From Pseudomonadota bacterium (GTDB lineage: Bacteria; UBA10199; 2-02-FULL-44-16; JBDRGF01), in contig JBDRGF010000033.1 of the NCBI GenBank assembly GCA_043818055.1, positions 32,001 through 96,000 of the forward strand: a DNA stretch of 64,000 nucleotides, in the 5' to 3' direction. Below the pieces are notes generated by a model that searched no databases, was not told where the DNA came from, and saw only the letters and a program-made list of their open reading frames with translations. Within the stretch, counting starts at the first letter, position 1; every line of letters begins with the position of its first letter. Of this stretch, positions 59,050 through 64,000 are shown piece after piece. The position numbers were made by a program, and so were the translations under genes.

Positions 59050-60360
59050 ATGCAAAGCGTCCATCTCATAAGCCTTGGATGTTCGAAAAATCTTGTAGAT
59101 TCGGAGGTTATGCTTGGGAGCCTTCTGAACGCGGGCTTTGTTCTGGCTGCAGATCCGAAAGTGGCAGAGATCATTATCGTCAATACCTGCGCTTTCATAG
59201 ATGAGGCCAAGGAGGAGGCGATCGACACCATCCTCGAAGCGGCTAAATTTAAAAGGGAGGGTGCGTGTAAATATCTGATCGTAACGGGATGCCTCGCGCA
59301 GAGATATCAGGACGAACTGGTCGAATTGCTTCCGGAGGTTGATCTCTTTGTAGGCACTGGGGAGTTTCCGAAAATCGCATCGCTCATCAAAGATATAGAA
59401 AATGCAGATAAGCTAAATATCGGGACCCCTGAATTTCTCTACGATCATGAGTCTCAGCGCGTTTCTCTTACAAAACCCCATCTTGCTTACGTCAAGATAG
59501 CAGAGGGTTGCTCCAACAATTGCAGCTACTGCGCCATACCAAAAATCAGAGGAAGGTACAGAAGCAGGGACACCGAATCTGTCATCTCTGAGGTGAAGAA
59601 TCTATTAAATAGAGGCGTTAAAGAGATCAACCTGATAGCACAGGATACGACTGCCTTTGGTTCAGATTTGAAATCAGAGCATAAACTCACACACCTTTTG
59701 AATAGGCTGAATGATCTTCCCGATAAAAAATGGATTCGGCTTTTGTACACATACCCCAATTCGATAACGAAGGAGCTTTTGGATATTGTTAATTCTAAAA
59801 ACGACATCGTCCCATATCTCGACATACCTGTTCAGCATATAAGCGATAAGATATTGACCTGCATGCGGCGCAGAGGAAACAGCGAGGAATTGAGAAGGCT
59901 ATTCACATTGATTCGCAAATACTATCCGAACATATTTTTGAGGACGACTGTCATGGTTGGATTTCCGGGAGAGGGCAAAAAGGAATTCGATGAGCTCATA
60001 AAATTCGTGACGGAGTTTGAATTCGATCATCTGGGATGCTTTGTCTTTTCGCCGCAGGATGGAACTTCCGCCGCGAAGATGAAGGGGCATGTGAATAAAG
60101 AGATAGCGATTGCGAGACGCAATACAATAATGGATCTACAGAGGGAGATTTCGGAAAAGAGACTGGAAGCACTGATAGGCAAAGACCTCGAAGTCCTCTT
60201 CGAAGGTGAGAGTGCGAGGCACGCGGGTCAGGCCCCGGATGTCGATGGCATAGTCGAGATCGAAGGAAAGCTCCCGAAGGCGGGAGAATTCGTCAAAGTC
60301 AAAATAACATCCTCGTCTGATTACGATTTGACAGGCACAATCTCAGGCTTGACATCTTAA
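59050..60360 (+). CDS. rimO: Ribosomal protein S12 methylthiotransferase
   Basis: SLGCSKNLVDSE, NTCAFI, KIAEGCSNNCSYCAIP, APDVDG. Confidence 0.95.
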   Translation: MQSVHLISLGCSKNLVDSEVMLGSLLNAGFVLAADPKVAEIIIVNTCAFIDEAKEEAIDTILEAAKFKREGACKYLIVTGCLAQRYQDELVELLPEVDLFVGTGEFPKIASLIKDIENADKLNIGTPEFLYDHESQRVSLTKPHLAYVKIAEGCSNNCSYCAIPKIRGRYRSRDTESVISEVKNLLNRGVKEINLIAQDTTAFGSDLKSEHKLTHLLNRLNDLPDKKWIRLLYTYPNSITKELLDIVNSKNDIVPYLDIPVQHISDKILTCMRRRGNSEELRRLFTLIRKYYPNIFLRTTVMVGFPGEGKKEFDELIKFVTEFEFDHLGCFVFSPQDGTSAAKMKGHVNKEIAIARRNTIMDLQREISEKRLEALIGKDLEVLFEGESARHAGQAPDVDGIVEIEGKLPKAGEFVKVKITSSSDYDLTGTISGLTS

Positions 60361-60424
60361 ACACAATATTGTCAATCTCCACAGGTTTTCAACTCAAAAA
60401 AATTGAAATCATCGGGGGAGAGAC

Positions 60425-62596
60425 ATGCATCACATCATTGGATATCCAATCGGGGCAGGGGCTTACTCACAAATTCTTTACAAACCAAACGCTATTACGA
60501 ATCGAATACCGCCTGAAATATCCCCATCGATCACCGAAACAAACGAGACTCCTTTTACAAACGAACTACAAAAGAGCATTTTAACTGACAATTTACAAAC
60601 CAGCGGTTTATTTTCTCCCGAAACTCCACAGCTACCTACAAATCGCATACCCGCCCCAAGCTTTATCGATACGACCTTTGAGTCTCTAGCCTTAACACTC
60701 GAAGGGGCTTTTGATGCTGGAAAACGCGTCGCAAATCAACTTGTCGAATCCGCACAGCATTTTGCAGGTACATTGTCTGATAATTTTGATTCGATACCTT
60801 TCAAACAAAAGCTTGGTTTTACCGCCATAACGGCCTCCACGCTTCTGATTGGATGCAACCTCTCCCCTGATCTATCTCAAGCCTTGAAGAATGCCTTCAT
60901 TCAGGCCTTCGGCGGATTAGGAATTTTTTTCCTCGGCATGAAGATGATGTCGGATGGATTAGAAAATGCTGCAGAAGGCAAACTGCAAAAAATTATTCAA
61001 AAATGCACCGACAATGTTTTATTGGGGACTACAGTCGGAGCAGGGTTAACTGCAATTATTCAATCGAGCTCAGCACTTTCTATGATGGTCATCAGCGCCA
61101 TCCAAGCAAGGATTATGACTCTAAGGCAAGGCATCAGCTTGATGTTTGGAGCTAACATCGGCACCACAATGACTGGAATCTTACTCTCCTTAAAAGCCTC
61201 CAGTCTAGCGCTTCCACTTATTGGAGTTGGAGTACTTGCAAATCAATTTTTACCAGATAAAAAAGTTATCCTAAAAAATGCTGGGCTTGCTTTAGCTGGA
61301 CTTGGTGCCGTCTTTCTTGGCATGAAATTTATGTCAGCGGGATTTAAAGATACCGTTATCAAAGAGGCTCTGAGCACTTTCTTCTCAACCATGTCTGGAA
61401 ATAATCATTGGGAAATTTTTTTATGCATTTTCTCAGGAACCGTTGCCACAGCCGTTGTTCAATCATCATCAGCAACCTTGGGAATCGTTCTTGCTCTGAC
61501 CAAAGCTGGCGTAATTAATTTTAACACAGCTGCAGCACTGGTCTTTGGGCTTAATATCGGCACAGTAATAACGGCTTTCTTAGCAGTAGCAAGGCCGGGG
61601 ACCTCTGTTGAAGCAAGAAGGTTGGCCGCATCCCATCTTCTCTTCAATACATTGGGAACAGCAATGCTATTTCCGATTGCTCCATTTTATATCAGCTCGT
61701 TTCATGATATTTCCACCTACCTTGGCATCGACAATCCGGTTAAACAGGTGGCGGCCTTTCACTTGGGTTTTAATGCACTCGCAACAACCTGCTTTCTACC
61801 CATGATCAATTACTTTCAAAGATTCGTTGAATGGATTTTGCCAGATAAAAATATTGAAGATGACCCCTTTGGAATGAGTGCCCTACACGAATCGTTGCTA
61901 GTTACTCCAGATATAGCGGTGTTGGCTTCACACAAAGTTATGACAAGCCTGAGTTTGCCTCTAGTAACAAGCTACGCTGATCTAGAAAAGTTTTTAATTG
62001 GAAAATCGGGTGAGGATATTCAAGCTGCAATAGATGAAATCCGAGCATTGGAAGAGGGCTCTGACGAAGTCAAAAAAAGACTTAAAAAATGGGGGAAAGA
62101 TGCAGTTCCGCCTGAGCTCAGAGATCTATTCGATCAACAGATCATTACAGCAGGACTGGAGGGCATATTCGACGGACCTAAACGTATTATAAAAGCACTT
62201 CTATCACTTTATGCAAACGACATATCCATTCCTGACGAATCAAGAGAATCTATGTTAAATGTTCACAACGCTACTGTTGAATTCGTATTACATGTAAACA
62301 CACTCCTTCACTCTCGAGACCTTTCAGAGATATCAGACGATACGAAGGCTGATATAAGATTGAATATTGCTAGAGAACGAATAACAATCCGAAAACTTAT
62401 CAACTCTCACAAAGAAAACCACAACTTACGACTCAGTGGAGATAACGGGAGCAATAAGGCTCATATTGCAGTAAATATTAAATTTATTGAAATCATGGAT
62501 CTCTATGAACAGATCGCTAGGCGAGCAAAGAACATAGCCGATGCACTTATTGGGAAAAGGACAATTAATAACAAAAGTCTATTGCAAAAATCCTGA
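60425..62596 (+). CDS. Na/Pi cotransporter family protein with long N-terminal extension
   Basis: GGLGIFFLGM, IQSSSA and VQSSSA repeats, GANIGTT, GLNIGT, PhoU-like helical tail. Confidence 0.85.
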   Translation: MHHIIGYPIGAGAYSQILYKPNAITNRIPPEISPSITETNETPFTNELQKSILTDNLQTSGLFSPETPQLPTNRIPAPSFIDTTFESLALTLEGAFDAGKRVANQLVESAQHFAGTLSDNFDSIPFKQKLGFTAITASTLLIGCNLSPDLSQALKNAFIQAFGGLGIFFLGMKMMSDGLENAAEGKLQKIIQKCTDNVLLGTTVGAGLTAIIQSSSALSMMVISAIQARIMTLRQGISLMFGANIGTTMTGILLSLKASSLALPLIGVGVLANQFLPDKKVILKNAGLALAGLGAVFLGMKFMSAGFKDTVIKEALSTFFSTMSGNNHWEIFLCIFSGTVATAVVQSSSATLGIVLALTKAGVINFNTAAALVFGLNIGTVITAFLAVARPGTSVEARRLAASHLLFNTLGTAMLFPIAPFYISSFHDISTYLGIDNPVKQVAAFHLGFNALATTCFLPMINYFQRFVEWILPDKNIEDDPFGMSALHESLLVTPDIAVLASHKVMTSLSLPLVTSYADLEKFLIGKSGEDIQAAIDEIRALEEGSDEVKKRLKKWGKDAVPPELRDLFDQQIITAGLEGIFDGPKRIIKALLSLYANDISIPDESRESMLNVHNATVEFVLHVNTLLHSRDLSEISDDTKADIRLNIARERITIRKLINSHKENHNLRLSGDNGSNKAHIAVNIKFIEIMDLYEQIARRAKNIADALIGKRTINNKSLLQKS

Positions 62597-62674
62597 CAAC
62601 TCGTACAGGATCGCACAATACATTTTACCATTGTAAATCACACAACAGGTGCGTATATATATCATCGCTTTTAA

Positions 62675-62747
62675 GCGTCCGTGGCTCAACGGATAGAGCA
62701 TCGGTCTTCGGAACCGAGGGTTACAGGTTCGAGTCCTGTCGGACGCG
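62675..62747 (+). tRNA. tRNA-Arg (anticodon UCG)
   Basis: GCGTCCG/CGGACGC acceptor stem, GCTC-AACGGATA-GAGC D-arm, TCGGT-CTTCGGA-ACCGA anticodon arm, ACAGG-TTCGAGT-CCTGT T-arm. Confidence 0.93.
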
Positions 62748-62953
62748 CAATATATATAGAGGACTCGAAAAGAGCCCGAAGGGCTCTAAGTTCGACGACC
62801 TCCCGACAGTATGGTTTATCTCATGCTGAAGTGTCGGCGATGCTTTATTCGCCGACGCCCTGTCGGACGCGCAACGATTTTCCGCAAGGAAAATCGAGAA
62901 AATAGAAAATGGTTGATCGAAAATTGAGGTAAAACCAAAGGAAAACACAAACC

Positions 62954-63262
62954 ATGACAATCCTAGCCTACCTAATAATCGCCCTATCAAAGGTGATCGG
63001 CCTAATAATCAACATCTACACATTCATAGTCATAATCGCAGCTCTAATCAGCTGGGTCAGCCCCGATCCACACAATCCAATCGTAAAGCTGGTATATGGC
63101 CTCACCTGGCCGGTGTTCGCACGGATAAGGCGCTTCCTTCCAGAACCACTGAGACGCTTACCGATAGACATATCCCCGATAATCGTACTGATTTTATTAG
63201 TTTTGATAGATACGATAGTAGTTGGAATGCTTTATAATTACGGCACTCGCATGATGCACTAA
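62954..63262 (+). CDS. yggT: YggT family membrane protein
   Basis: ALISWVSPDPHNPIV...T.P...IDISPII. Confidence 0.88.
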   Translation: MTILAYLIIALSKVIGLIINIYTFIVIIAALISWVSPDPHNPIVKLVYGLTWPVFARIRRFLPEPLRRLPIDISPIIVLILLVLIDTIVVGMLYNYGTRMMH

Positions 63263-64000
63263 GAGGAGGTCTTTATCGACTTCTTCACGTTCTTCGCCTC
63301 TTCACGCAAAAACTGCATGAACTGAATTGCAGCCTTGGGAAGTTTCTCATCTTTCCGATAGATGAGACCCACCGAGCGCTTGGCCTCGGTTTTGATGGGA
63401 AGCTGAAATATTCTCTTGTTCCTGAGATCGTCAAAAACAGTGTAATAAGGCACAAGTGAGATTCCCATCCCTGCTTCGATCATAGCGACTATAGCGGCGA
63501 TTTTCCTCACTTCGACGATATTTCTCGGTACGAACTTCAACATAGCGGTCACTTCATCGATGAGAGAGCGCGTCTTGGCGTATCTCGGGAAGATGACAAA
63601 ATTCTTCGACTCGAGCTCACTGACCTTCTTTATCTTTTTATCTTTTTCAGAGCCTACAAATATCAGGGGCTCTTCAAACAGGACTTCAATTCCCAGAGAT
63701 TTAGGGGCATCATCTACAACACAGATGCCAAAATCCACCTCATGTTCCTCCAGGCTTCTTATCACAAATGCACTGGCATTGATAGATGGGTACAGGAGTA
63801 TATCCTCGTTCACTTTAAGCAGCTTTTTCATCGCAGGGGATGCGATCGAAAAGGCGACAGAGTCGATCATCGAAAATCGCAAAGTCTCTTTCAGCCTTAG
63901 CTCCTTATCCATAAAAAACTGGTCGATTTCATCGATCTTTTTGAGAGCCCCCTTGGCCATAGTGTAGAGTTGTTCCCCCTCAGGTGTGAGCTCAATGCCA
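63259..64000 (-). CDS. LysR-family transcriptional regulator (N-terminus outside the window)
   Basis: ELTPEG.QLY at the window edge, VDFGI, MIEAGMGISLVP substrate-binding domain. Confidence 0.8.
   Translation of the reverse strand, partial: GIELTPEGEQLYTMAKGALKKIDEIDQFFMDKELRLKETLRFSMIDSVAFSIASPAMKKLLKVNEDILLYPSINASAFVIRSLEEHEVDFGICVVDDAPKSLGIEVLFEEPLIFVGSEKDKKIKKVSELESKNFVIFPRYAKTRSLIDEVTAMLKFVPRNIVEVRKIAAIVAMIEAGMGISLVPYYTVFDDLRNKRIFQLPIKTEAKRSVGLIYRKDEKLPKAAIQFMQFLREEAKNVKKSIKTSS

Noticed and set aside
62681..62990. ORFs 62681-62905 and 62721-62990
   Set aside because: They overlap the tRNA-Arg gene and its downstream repeat; spurious

Overview
Bacterial chromosomal window; gene content and repeats look Deltaproteobacteria-like, but that is inference. 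The left arm is housekeeping (suhB, comF, gpmI, obgE, rpmA/rplU, rng, TIGR03936/TIGR03960-type pair) and so is the right arm (ychF, rimO, Na/Pi cotransporter, tRNA-Arg(UCG), yggT, partial LysR). The middle (11.5-55.7 kb) is a dispersed selenium/tungsten formate-dehydrogenase supercluster: FNT transporter, selD, fused NuoE-NuoF, a selenocysteine-containing FdhA (in-frame TGA plus SECIS), selB-selA-tRNA-Sec, mobA, tupABC, moeA, mog, MOSC, moaC, moaA and fdhD. Between the FNT gene and selD sits a visibly AT-rich ~14.4 kb island that is the best candidate for an undescribed system. It holds a six-gene operon with a predicted sigma54 promoter (three radical SAM/SPASM enzymes, a B12-radical SAM, a degenerate ValRS-like protein, an ATP-grasp ligase), plus a CysRS, a creatininase-family amidohydrolase, an MFS exporter, a second ATP-grasp ligase and a HEPN-like ORF, with no visible precursor peptide. 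Other notable signals: an apparent 7/5 (12-bp) tRNA-Sec next to a shortened SelB, a NuoE domain lacking most Fe-S cysteines, REP palindromes wrapped in MITE-like inverted repeats, 7/8-mer repeat hairpins tied to four-helix-bundle genes, a candidate ~170-nt hairpin RNA, and a frameshift-split ~1550-aa transglutaminase-like gene. All calls are from motif recognition by eye; no searches were run.
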